In this document: in pieces, positions 13,076-21,358 of the stretch | Layout of the letters: the number at the start of each line of letters is the position of its first letter | Numbering within the stretch: position 1 is the stretch's first letter | From: Klebsiella phage vB_KpnM_VPA32 | Length of the DNA stretch: 64,000 nucleotides | Sequence record: OP558005.1 | Direction: 5' to 3' (one strand) | Position numbers and translations under genes: made by a program | Notes under the pieces: model-generated | Seen by the model: the letters and a program-made list of their open reading frames with translations, nothing else | Database searches by the model: none | What the model was told of the DNA's origin: nothing

Positions 13076-13891
13076 ATGCTGAAAGACATCCTGCTCCAGG
13101 AAGCTCAGAATATTGAAGCTACCGTAGCTGTGGACAGTATTTTCGAATCGGTCGAGCTTTCTCCGGAAGTAAAAGCGAAGTTCGAAACTGTATTCGAAGC
13201 AACTGTGAAGAAACATGCCGTTGAATTGGCTGAATCCCACATTACCAAAATTGCTGAAATGGCTGACGAAAAGCTGAAAGACGCTAAAGAAGAAGCCGAA
13301 GAAAAAGCTGAAAAGAAACTGACAGAACATGCTTCTCGTTTCTTCAATCACATCGCTCAAGAATGGATGAACGAAAACAAACTGGCTGTTGATAAAGGCA
13401 TCAAAGCTGAACTGTTTGAATCCATGTTCGCTGGTATGAAAGAACTGTTCGTTGAACACAACGTTGTTCTGCCAGAAGAATCAGTTGATGTAGTTGCTGA
13501 AATGGAAGAAGAACTGGCTGAAGCTCGTGAAGAAATCAGCAATCTGTTCGAAGGTATTTCTGCTCGCGACGAAAAAATTAATACCATGCTGCGTGAAAGC
13601 GCTGTAATGGAATCAACTAAAGACTTGACCGACGTTCAGAAAGAGAAAGTAGCTTCTCTGACCGAAGGTATGGAATATTCCGACGAATTCTCAAGTAAGC
13701 TGTCTGCCATCGTCGAAATGGTTAAAGGCTCCGTCGAGAAAGAGGTAGTAAATGAAAGCATAAATACTACCGACAATGATGCTGACGGTCTCAACTTCAT
13801 TACTGAAGAACACATTGAGCCAGAAGAAAAAGTATCAAAACAGCCATCGATGATGGACGCATACGTAGCCTCTGCGGCACGTCTTTCTTAA
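13076..13891 (+). CDS. 22: Prohead scaffold protein gp22
   Basis: 271 aa, acidic coiled-coil (EAEEKAEKKL...). Late promoter upstream. Synteny. Confidence 0.9.
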   Translation: MLKDILLQEAQNIEATVAVDSIFESVELSPEVKAKFETVFEATVKKHAVELAESHITKIAEMADEKLKDAKEEAEEKAEKKLTEHASRFFNHIAQEWMNENKLAVDKGIKAELFESMFAGMKELFVEHNVVLPEESVDVVAEMEEELAEAREEISNLFEGISARDEKINTMLRESAVMESTKDLTDVQKEKVASLTEGMEYSDEFSSKLSAIVEMVKGSVEKEVVNESINTTDNDADGLNFITEEHIEPEEKVSKQPSMMDAYVASAARLS

Positions 13892-13913
13892 TTTTTAAAA
13901 GGTTATAAAACAC

Positions 13914-15476
13914 ATGAAAAAGATTAATCCGTTAGTAGAAAAATGGACTCCGCTGCTTGAGAACGAAGCACTGCCTGAAATCGTTGGTGCTGGTAAAAAA
14001 GCTCTGATTGCAAAAATCATGGAAAACCAGGAATCAGCTATTAAAACTGAACCTGCATTCCGTGATGAAAAAATCGCTGAAGCATTTGGTTCGTTCCTGA
14101 CTGAAGCAGAAATTGGTGGTGATCACGGTTATGATGCTCAAAACATCGCTGCTGGTCAGACATCCGGCGCAGTAACTCAGATTGGACCAGCTGTTATGGG
14201 CATGGTACGTCGTGCAATTCCTAACCTGATTGCTTTCGACATCTGCGGTGTTCAGCCAATGAGTTCTCCAACCGGACAGGTATTCGCTCTGCGTGCTGTT
14301 TACGGTAAAGACCCTCTGGCCGCTGGTGCTAAAGAAGCATTCCACCCAATGTACGCTCCAGATGCAATGTTCTCTGGTCAGGGTGCTGCTCAGAAATTCG
14401 CAGCTGTTAAAGCTTCCGATGTTCTGACTGTTGGCACTATCGTAGTTCACGATTTCGCTGATGTTGGTCGCGCTTACTTCCAGGTTGCTGAAGGTTTCAC
14501 CGTAGACGCTGGTGCTACCGATGCTGAAAAACTGGATAAAGCAGTTAAAGCTGCTGAAGAAGCTGGTCAGCTGGTAGAAATCGCTGAAGGTATGGCTACC
14601 TCTGTTGCGGAACTGCAGGAGAACTTCAACGGTTCTACTGACAACCCATGGAATGAAATGGGCTTCCGTATCGATAAACAAGTTATCGAAGCTAAATCCC
14701 GTCAGCTGAAAGCTCAGTACTCTATTGAACTGGCTCAAGACTTACGTGCTGTTCACGGTATGGATGCAGATGCTGAACTGTCTGGTATTCTGGCTACCGA
14801 AATCATGCTGGAAATCAACCGTGAAGTTGTAGACTGGATTAACTACTCTGCGCAACTGGGTAAAACCGGTATGACTCAGACCGTTGGTTCTAAAGCTGGT
14901 GTATTTGACTTCCAGGACCCAGTAGATATTCGTGGCGCTCGTTGGGCAGGTGAAAGCTTCAAAGCTCTTCTGTTCCAAATCGATAAAGAAGCTGCTGAAA
15001 TCGCACGTCAGACTGGTCGTGGTGCTGGTAACTTCATCATCGCTTCTCGTAACGTAGTTAACGCTCTGGCAGCTGTTGACACTGGCGTTACTCCTGCTGC
15101 TCAGGGTCTGGGTCAAGGCTTCAATGCTGATACCACTAAGACTGTGTTCGCAGGTATTCTGGGCGGTCGTTATAAAGTATACATCGACCAGTACGCTCGT
15201 CAGGACTACTTCACCATTGGTTACAAAGGTGCTAACGAGATGGATGCTGGTATCTACTACGCTCCATACGTTGCTCTGACTCCACTGCGTGGTTCCGACC
15301 CTAAAAACTTCCAGCCAGTCATGGGCTTCAAAACCCGTTACGGTATTGGTATCAACCCGTTTGCTGATAGTGCATCACAGCAGCCGAATGCTCGCATTCA
15401 GTCTGGTATGCCTTCTATCGTCAACTCCGTTGGTAAGAACGCGTACTTCCGTCGCATCTGGGTTAAAGGTCTGTAA
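13914..15476 (+). CDS. 23: Major capsid protein gp23
   Basis: More than 85% identical to T4 gp23 over long stretches (GSFLTEAEIGGDHGY, SGAVTQIGPAVMGMVRRAIPNLIAFDICGVQPM). Confidence 0.97.
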   Translation: MKKINPLVEKWTPLLENEALPEIVGAGKKALIAKIMENQESAIKTEPAFRDEKIAEAFGSFLTEAEIGGDHGYDAQNIAAGQTSGAVTQIGPAVMGMVRRAIPNLIAFDICGVQPMSSPTGQVFALRAVYGKDPLAAGAKEAFHPMYAPDAMFSGQGAAQKFAAVKASDVLTVGTIVVHDFADVGRAYFQVAEGFTVDAGATDAEKLDKAVKAAEEAGQLVEIAEGMATSVAELQENFNGSTDNPWNEMGFRIDKQVIEAKSRQLKAQYSIELAQDLRAVHGMDADAELSGILATEIMLEINREVVDWINYSAQLGKTGMTQTVGSKAGVFDFQDPVDIRGARWAGESFKALLFQIDKEAAEIARQTGRGAGNFIIASRNVVNALAAVDTGVTPAAQGLGQGFNADTTKTVFAGILGGRYKVYIDQYARQDYFTIGYKGANEMDAGIYYAPYVALTPLRGSDPKNFQPVMGFKTRYGIGINPFADSASQQPNARIQSGMPSIVNSVGKNAYFRRIWVKGL

Positions 15477-15485
15477 TCCAATTAA

Positions 15486-15507
15486 ATGGGAGCCGCAAGG
15501 CTCCCAT
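15486..15507 (+). terminator. ATGGGAGCC-GCAA-GGCTCCCAT hairpin after gene 23, followed by a T-run
   Basis: 9-bp stem with a GCAA loop, then TTGTTGTTT. Confidence 0.65.
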
Positions 15508-15561
15508 TGTTGTTTCTACGGATGATAAATAAAAGTATAATCCACTAGAGGAAAAGCGACG

Positions 15562-16845
15562 ATGGCTAACATCCATGACCTTCTGCGCGAATCAACTACA
15601 ACGACGAGTTCAATTTCTGCCCGTCCTAGCCTCGTTGCATTGACTCGCGCTACTACTAAATTAATTTACTCTGATATTGTAGCTACTCAGCGTACTACTC
15701 AACCTACTGCTGCTTTCTATGGTATCAAATATTTGAACCCTAACAAAGAATTAACGTTCCTTACTGGTGCTACCTACGCAGGTCAAACTGGTACTGAGGA
15801 CCGTAAGTCTATTGAAACATTAACTGCTTCAAATAAAGATTCATTTGGCAAGGGCGATTTATTCAAATACAATGACATTGTTTACAAAGTACTTGTAGAT
15901 AATCCATTTGACCAGATTACTGAAACTGATTTAGAAGTTGTAATTCAGATTTCTCTGGTTAAACTCACTACTCGTTTAATGTCTGACGCTGCTATCACTT
16001 CCAAGTTTGAAACTGCTGGAGCTGATATCGCTGAAGCTAAATTCCAAATTGATAAATGGCAGACTCAAGTTAAATCTCGTAAACTTAAAACGAGCTTGAC
16101 TGTTGAATTGGCCCAGGACCTTGAAGCTAATGGCTTTGATGCTTCCAATTTTATCGATGATTTACTGGCTACTGAAATGGCCGATGAAATTAACAAAGAC
16201 ATTTTACAAAGTCTTGTGACAGTTTCAAAACGATATAAAGTTGAAGGTATCACAGATACTGGATTCATCGATTTATCTTATGCATCTGCTCCAGAAGCTG
16301 GTCGTTCTCTGTATCGCATGGTATGCGAAATGGTTTCTCATATTCAGCGCTCAACATCCTTTACTGCAACATTCGCTGTAGCATCTACTCGTGCTGCTGC
16401 TGTTCTTGCTGCATCAGGTTGGTTGAAACATCAATCTGGAGATGATGAATATCTATCAGAGAATGCTTATGGTTTCCTGGCAAACGGTTTGCCTCTGTAT
16501 TGCGATACTAACACTCCACTCGATTATGTAATCGTCGGTGTAGTAGAAGATATTGGTGATAAAGAAGTTGTATCGAGTATTTTCTATGCTCCATACACTG
16601 AAGGTATCGACCTTGATGACCCGGAACACGTTGGTGCATTTAAAGTAATTGTTGACCCAGAAAGCTTACAGCCTTCTGTAGCTTTACTCGTTCGTTATGC
16701 ACTGTCTGCTAACCCGTATACTGTAGCTAAAGATGAAAAGGAAGCTCGAATCATTGATGGCGGGGATATGGATAAGATGGCAGGACGTTCTGATTTATCA
16801 GTTCTTCTTGGTGTTAAGTTACCAAAAATCATCATTGAAGACTAA
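15562..16845 (+). CDS. 24: Capsid vertex protein gp24
   Basis: 427 aa, the same as T4 gp24. A gp23 paralog (ELAQDL motif). Confidence 0.9.
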   Translation: MANIHDLLRESTTTTSSISARPSLVALTRATTKLIYSDIVATQRTTQPTAAFYGIKYLNPNKELTFLTGATYAGQTGTEDRKSIETLTASNKDSFGKGDLFKYNDIVYKVLVDNPFDQITETDLEVVIQISLVKLTTRLMSDAAITSKFETAGADIAEAKFQIDKWQTQVKSRKLKTSLTVELAQDLEANGFDASNFIDDLLATEMADEINKDILQSLVTVSKRYKVEGITDTGFIDLSYASAPEAGRSLYRMVCEMVSHIQRSTSFTATFAVASTRAAAVLAASGWLKHQSGDDEYLSENAYGFLANGLPLYCDTNTPLDYVIVGVVEDIGDKEVVSSIFYAPYTEGIDLDDPEHVGAFKVIVDPESLQPSVALLVRYALSANPYTVAKDEKEARIIDGGDMDKMAGRSDLSVLLGVKLPKIIIED

Positions 16846-16850
16846 AAGAA

Positions 16851-16870
16851 AGGGAACCGTGAGGTTCCCT
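16851..16870. terminator. Bidirectional hairpin AGGGAACC-GTGA-GGTTCCCT between gene 24 (+) and the SLOG-like gene (-)
   Basis: 8-bp stem flanked by A-runs and T-runs on both sides. Confidence 0.65.
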
Positions 16871-16877
16871 TTTGTAG

Positions 16878-17423
16878 TTATAAAGCAAATATATCGAATG
16901 TTGGCGCGTACTTGTCTTTGAATCTCTGATAGATTTCCTTCTCATACAGATTGTAGCAAGGTATCCCATGACGCTTAGCTATATCAACGGCCACTCGTGT
17001 CCCTCCAGTAACGCTAGAGAGTTTTATTGGAGCATAGAATAGTACCATATCCACGGGCGACTGGCAGTCCTCTCCGAGCACCTGAAGTGCATTGCGGGCA
17101 AATAAAGTCTTCACTATATCCCGGCACTCATCCCAGTAACTTGTCACTTCTCTTGCTTTAATTACACTCCTGATTCTCACTTCATTTGGAAAATCTTTCC
17201 ACACCTTTACTCCAACTCCGGTTTTAAGACCATTGAAGCCTTCGTATGGTATGATACGTAATGAGCGCTCACGGTCGTATCTACTGAGCCATGATTCATC
17301 TGCACCAGGAGCTCCTCCCGAATACGAAAAATGGCCCGACTCCGAAAGAGCCTGACCAGTTAATGACATGACATCTAAAACACGACGTGGCGTCTCTCGA
17401 GAACCAATTAACGCCAAACGCAT
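16878..17423 (-). CDS. DprA/Smf-like SLOG-fold Rossmann protein; no counterpart at this position in T4 as I recall
   Basis: IGSRETP, then 26 aa, then SGGAPGADESW. This matches the DprA/SLOG signature (GSR...SGxAxGxD) and also resembles the LOG PGGxGTxxE motif. TAATG overlap with the rnlB stop. Confidence 0.55.
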   Translation of the reverse strand: MRLALIGSRETPRRVLDVMSLTGQALSESGHFSYSGGAPGADESWLSRYDRERSLRIIPYEGFNGLKTGVGVKVWKDFPNEVRIRSVIKAREVTSYWDECRDIVKTLFARNALQVLGEDCQSPVDMVLFYAPIKLSSVTGGTRVAVDIAKRHGIPCYNLYEKEIYQRFKDKYAPTFDIFAL

Positions 17424-18427
17424 TAGTTACTTACCAGTTCAATCCAAACCGGACGAATTACGCCTTGTACGTAATTGACAAGTTCTTTCTTGACTACATC
17501 AGGATTATCAGCGTCAGTAATGAAGATTTCTTCACGACCAGCTTCTTCCAGAATATCCTGGACAGTAAGACCCATAACTTTACCAAAGTCCTTTGGACCC
17601 ACTTGACCAATCTTACTGATAACGTTATTGACTCGGTTCAGAGTAGCGTAAGCTGCCAGGGTGGAGAAAGCAACCTTATCAACATCAGTCAGTTCAACCT
17701 TAGCTTTAATAGGCTTATCGGATTTAGCTTTCTCAGAGAACTTGGAGTTCTTGCATTTGATAGCTACACGAGAACCATTAGGGAAGAATTTAGGGTAGCA
17801 TGGTTTCAGAACGTAGCCTTCAGCGATGTTGCTTTCTGAAACAACCGCCTGGAATGGCATAGTATTAGCTTCTTCAAGACCATGAGCTTCAATAGCTTGA
17901 TTATAGCGATTAACTACAACATCCAGCATATTAGGAATTTGAATCAAGTCATCGAATTTACCACGACCCAGCAGTGGAGCCATTTTAAACCCAAAGACAT
18001 TACACATACGTTCCATCATGAAATCATCAACATAAGATGATTCACCGGATTCGGTAGTCACTTTAATATCGAAAACGTAGAAGTCTTTTTCACCATAATC
18101 AACACCTTTCTGAATTCCACCGCCGGCAAATTCACCAAAGATTTGATAAGCTACAGTAGCACCAGTCAGTGCAGCTTGAACAGCTTTAAATGACTCGTTA
18201 TAACGACCCATGATAACCATATAGCCAAAGAAGTCTTCTGCTGGCAGAATAGGACCAGTGCGCTTAGCAGGCTGAATGCTATCTTTAGTTACGATAACAG
18301 AAAAGTTAGTGCCGTGAATTTTCTCGCGCGCTACCCAAGTTTCAGAGACATCAAAACCAGCATTACGAATACGCTCAATGAATTTACCGTTGTAGTGGTT
18401 CTCGAGCGTTGAATATTTCTCAAACAT
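17423..18427 (-). CDS. rnlB: RNA ligase 2 (Rnl2)
   Basis: [13 protein letters not shown]...[13 protein letters not shown] (ligase motif I KxHG) and [14 protein letters not shown] are near-identical to T4 Rnl2. 334 aa, the T4 length. Confidence 0.95.
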   Translation of the reverse strand: MFEKYSTLENHYNGKFIERIRNAGFDVSETWVAREKIHGTNFSVIVTKDSIQPAKRTGPILPAEDFFGYMVIMGRYNESFKAVQAALTGATVAYQIFGEFAGGGIQKGVDYGEKDFYVFDIKVTTESGESSYVDDFMMERMCNVFGFKMAPLLGRGKFDDLIQIPNMLDVVVNRYNQAIEAHGLEEANTMPFQAVVSESNIAEGYVLKPCYPKFFPNGSRVAIKCKNSKFSEKAKSDKPIKAKVELTDVDKVAFSTLAAYATLNRVNNVISKIGQVGPKDFGKVMGLTVQDILEEAGREEIFITDADNPDVVKKELVNYVQGVIRPVWIELVSN

Positions 18428-18435
18428 ATTTCACC

Positions 18436-18684
18436 TTAGAATTTAATTTTGAAAGACTGACCTTGATAGTCAGCATTGAACTCATACGAGAAACCATTTT
18501 TAGAAAAGAATCCTTTCATAGCTTCTACGTTATTGCTCCATTTTTCTGGAACAATATAAAACGTTTCAAACTTACCACGTTGTGCTGCGTTCCGCAGGTT
18601 ATCTTTGATATGAGCTTTAATCTCTTCTGGTAGTTCATCACGCACACCTTGTGCCAATGCTCTGTATTCTTGAGCTAGACTCAT
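18436..18684 (-). CDS. Hypothetical small protein (24.2/24.3-like position)
   Basis: ATG at 18684 with GGTGAT SD. The ORF-table start 18693 is a GTG. Confidence 0.5.
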   Translation of the reverse strand: MSLAQEYRALAQGVRDELPEEIKAHIKDNLRNAAQRGKFETFYIVPEKWSNNVEAMKGFFSKNGFSYEFNADYQGQSFKIKF

Positions 18685-18798
18685 TATAATCACCGTATAA
18701 ATATCAATAATTAGGGAGGGTTCTATCCTTCTATCGTCAAGCGTATGTACTAGAAAGAATCCGTGAAACCATTATACCACGCGGATTCTTTAAGCATA

Positions 18799-19152
18799 TT
18801 ATAGAGGGATTACTTTATATTTCTTATTGCCACGAGCATCACGCTTACAAACTAATTTGCACTTCGTGCCGCTTGCGATAGTGTAATCTTCATCAACCTT
18901 CATCCGCATCCAGTCTAATACCGTTCCAGATGGGTTCAAAGATTTTTCAACTTCAACCATAATTTTAGTGCCAGACTTATAAAACTTAGATTCTTGCTGC
19001 TCATAGTCAGATAGTGCGCGAGCAAACGCAGATGGGCTTAAGAATTTATTGTAACCGTGAGCAGCAGCTACAAACGTATTATCTAAAGCATGTTTAATGT
19101 TTTTGATTACAACTGATGCGTAACCGACGTGTTTTTCTGGGTATTGATACAT
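18799..19152 (-). CDS. Hypothetical protein, 117 aa
   Basis: Compact ORF, ATGA-type coupling with the upstream gene. Position equivalent to T4 24.3. Confidence 0.55.
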   Translation of the reverse strand: MYQYPEKHVGYASVVIKNIKHALDNTFVAAAHGYNKFLSPSAFARALSDYEQQESKFYKSGTKIMVEVEKSLNPSGTVLDWMRMKVDEDYTIASGTKCKLVCKRDARGNKKYKVIPL

Positions 19153-19379
19153 TATAAAGTCCTCATGAACTGCGAAAGTTTTTGATGACGAGATTTTACA
19201 TCAACATTTGATAAGCGTTTACGATAAACCACTTTCTCTTTTCGTTTAGATTTAGCTTTTGCAGCTTCAACTTTAACATAATACAAAGCTGCTTCTTCGG
19301 GTTTAATACCCGCTTCTCTTGCAATTTCAATAAAACTCAATCCGCACTCATGCTTAAAATGAATCTCAATAGGTGTCAT
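19152..19379 (-). CDS. Hypothetical 75-aa basic protein with an HTH-like segment
   Basis: LSFIEIAREAGIKPEEAALYY resembles a helix-turn-helix. Lys/Arg-rich C-terminus. Confidence 0.5.
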   Translation of the reverse strand: MTPIEIHFKHECGLSFIEIAREAGIKPEEAALYYVKVEAAKAKSKRKEKVVYRKRLSNVDVKSRHQKLSQFMRTL

Positions 19380-19434
19380 GGTAATATCCTACGGTAAAAG
19401 ATGTTGGTATAATACCACTCTCTAGAAAAAGCAA

Positions 19435-19454
19435 AAGGAGCCCGAAGGCTCCTT
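19435..19454 (-). terminator. AAGGAGCC-CGAA-GGCTCCTT hairpin after hoc
   Basis: 8-bp stem, T-run on the minus strand. Confidence 0.6.
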
Positions 19455-20576
19455 TTAATAGATGATACCAGCTTCTAAAGCAGTACGATGAACAATGTAT
19501 CCATTTCTAGATTCTTGTACATCAACTTCTGGATACTCGTCTAGCATTTTAGCCAGAGTATATCGGTGTAAGTAATAATCGCTGTCAGGGTCGTCGAGTT
19601 TCCAATCTTTGCCCGCGACAGTCATTCGCTGGATTTCATCCATGACCCACCAACCACACCAAATATAAGCTGTTTCACGGACCGGTAGAGGATGAATATA
19701 CGGAAGTTCTCCATCAGGAGCAGGAGCTACCCTTTTAGTAATAGTTACATTACCAGTTTTAGTAACTGTAACCGGGTTATAATCCGGAGCAGAAACTACA
19801 ACCGAAACCTCAATTACTTGTGACCCGATAGTGGATGTATCAATTTCTAAAGTACTTGTTGAGCCTTCAACAGGAGAACCATCTTTAGTCCATGAATAGG
19901 TTCCGGATGCACCTTCTGGAGCACCAATAATATCAGCTTTAAAGGATGCTTCTGTTCCTTGTTCGGTAGTAATAGACTCAGGAGTCAGAGTAACAGAAAC
20001 TCCACTCATGGTCTTTTTAGTAAAAATAACTGCAACACCCTTAGTCGCAGTAGCCGGGTTGTAATCTTCCGCAGAAACTGTGACTTCACAGTTCAAAGTG
20101 TAATCAGCTTCTGCTGATTCAGTTACGGTAATTGTTTTAGCTGTTTGACCCTCAATAACGTCAGCGCCGCGTTTCCAAACATAAGCAATGCTTGCTCCTG
20201 ATGGTGCGCCAGTAACATCAGCAGTAACTACTTGAGATTGCCCAATTTCTTTAGAAACAGATTCTGGGCTCAAAGTTAAAGTAATCGCAGGCATAGTTTT
20301 GTTCTGAACTGTCAGAGTAGTTTCTGCTTCAGCCGTTTCAGGGTCACCTTCAGCCGGAGTAACAGTAGCAACTACTTTAACAGTCTTACTACCTGCGGGT
20401 CCTTCAGCAATATAATCCATAGCTGCGGTAACAGAAGACTGCGGTGTGCCATTTACAGTCCATACAAACGATTCTGTACCTTCAGCCGCGGCGCCAGAAG
20501 TTGTTGCAGTAAAATTAGTTGTAGTTCCAATGACTGCTGAAGCAGCCAAAGGAGCAATAGATACGGTATACGCCAT
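19455..20576 (-). CDS. hoc: Highly immunogenic outer capsid protein Hoc (tandem Ig-like domains)
   Basis: 373 aa against T4 376 aa. Repeated Ig-like modules about 90 aa long (VTVSAEDYNPATATK.../VVVSAPDYNPVTVTK). SD AAGGAA. Terminator hairpin directly after the stop. Confidence 0.9.
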   Translation of the reverse strand: MAYTVSIAPLAASAVIGTTTNFTATTSGAAAEGTESFVWTVNGTPQSSVTAAMDYIAEGPAGSKTVKVVATVTPAEGDPETAEAETTLTVQNKTMPAITLTLSPESVSKEIGQSQVVTADVTGAPSGASIAYVWKRGADVIEGQTAKTITVTESAEADYTLNCEVTVSAEDYNPATATKGVAVIFTKKTMSGVSVTLTPESITTEQGTEASFKADIIGAPEGASGTYSWTKDGSPVEGSTSTLEIDTSTIGSQVIEVSVVVSAPDYNPVTVTKTGNVTITKRVAPAPDGELPYIHPLPVRETAYIWCGWWVMDEIQRMTVAGKDWKLDDPDSDYYLHRYTLAKMLDEYPEVDVQESRNGYIVHRTALEAGIIY

Positions 20577-20586
20577 AAGAATTTCC

Positions 20587-21306
20587 TTATTTTAAAGTCA
20601 CAAATGAAGAATTGCGAGTTTCACGAATCATAATAGACCCGTTTCTTTTAATGTAATAAATTAAGCTAAATAACGTTTGGTGAGCTGATGGGTGTCCAAA
20701 CGATGTTGGACGAGATTTCCAATCCGGATTATCTTTAATCCATTGGTAAATCCACCAAGGAAGAGTAACATATCCTGGATTCTTACCTAACAATTGTGTG
20801 TTTGGACTAAAGTTTTCGGGAAGCTCAACAATTTCTTCATTAAACTTTTCTTGGGTGATTGCAGTCACTGGAATAGTATGAACTTTATCATCTGCAACTG
20901 TAATCACAGAATCACCGATTGGGGCTTCAAGAATAACGCCTTTAACAGGGTCCATTGGCTTACCAAAATGAGGGTCGATATCAGTTACTTTCACTTGTGG
21001 CGTATCGACAGATACAGAATCAATCAATAGACGAGCTTCTTCTTTAGCCTCATCTTTAAAAATAGCAGTGCCTTTGGCCTCATCATCAGCTTGAATAAGG
21101 TCATAAATTGAAAGACCGTCATTCTGTTCTGGCATAGGTTCATTAGCAAGTTTAGCCAATTCGACTTCAAGGTCAGCGACCATATTGTCAAAGGCTTTAG
21201 TTTTCTTCAGCTTGATGCCGAAGGTTTCAGCGTACTCGGCAAGCTTTTCTTTGGCTTCTTTTTTCTCAAGTGCACCGATTTCAGCAATATAATCTTTATC
21301 TAACAT
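20587..21306 (-). CDS. inh: Inhibitor of prohead protease Inh
   Basis: Position is that of T4 inh. Start taken at 21306 (MLDKDYIAEIGALEKKEAKEKLAEYAETFGIK). Late promoter about 30 nt upstream. Confidence 0.75.
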   Translation of the reverse strand: MLDKDYIAEIGALEKKEAKEKLAEYAETFGIKLKKTKAFDNMVADLEVELAKLANEPMPEQNDGLSIYDLIQADDEAKGTAIFKDEAKEEARLLIDSVSVDTPQVKVTDIDPHFGKPMDPVKGVILEAPIGDSVITVADDKVHTIPVTAITQEKFNEEIVELPENFSPNTQLLGKNPGYVTLPWWIYQWIKDNPDWKSRPTSFGHPSAHQTLFSLIYYIKRNGSIMIRETRNSSFVTLK

Positions 21307-21321
21307 AGTAGCCTCGTTGTG

Positions 21322-21329
21322 TATAAATA
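21322..21329 (+). promoter_or_regulatory. Late promoter TATAAATA (uvsW)
   Basis: Exact match 30 nt upstream of ATG 21359. Confidence 0.7.
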
Positions 21330-21335
21330 TAAATG

Positions 21336-21343
21336 TATTTATA
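21336..21343 (-). promoter_or_regulatory. Late promoter TATAAATA (inh-hoc operon), divergent from the uvsW promoter
   Basis: Plus-strand TATTTATA, which reads TATAAATA on the minus strand, 30 nt upstream of the inh ATG 21306. Confidence 0.7.
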
Positions 21344-21358
21344 ACTAAGGAATCGGCA

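Noticed and set aside
14034-14738. 234-aa ORF antisense to gene 23, and many similar antisense ORFs (392..721, 1111..1452, 9619..9888, 28574..28954, 33156..33356 and others)
   Set aside because: They lie wholly inside strongly conserved structural genes on the opposite strand. They have no SD or promoter and are low-complexity Ser/Thr-rich translations typical of antisense frames.
18696-18703. Plus-strand TATAAATA at 18696
   Set aside because: No plus-strand gene lies downstream (18409..18633 is a spurious antisense ORF). It is likely a chance AT-rich match within the minus-strand leader.
21317-21358. Upstream ATG start for uvsW (MCININVFITKES...)
   Set aside because: It is not preceded by an SD. 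The conserved UvsW N-terminus begins at the ATG at 21359, which has an AAGGAA SD, and the late promoter lies between the two.
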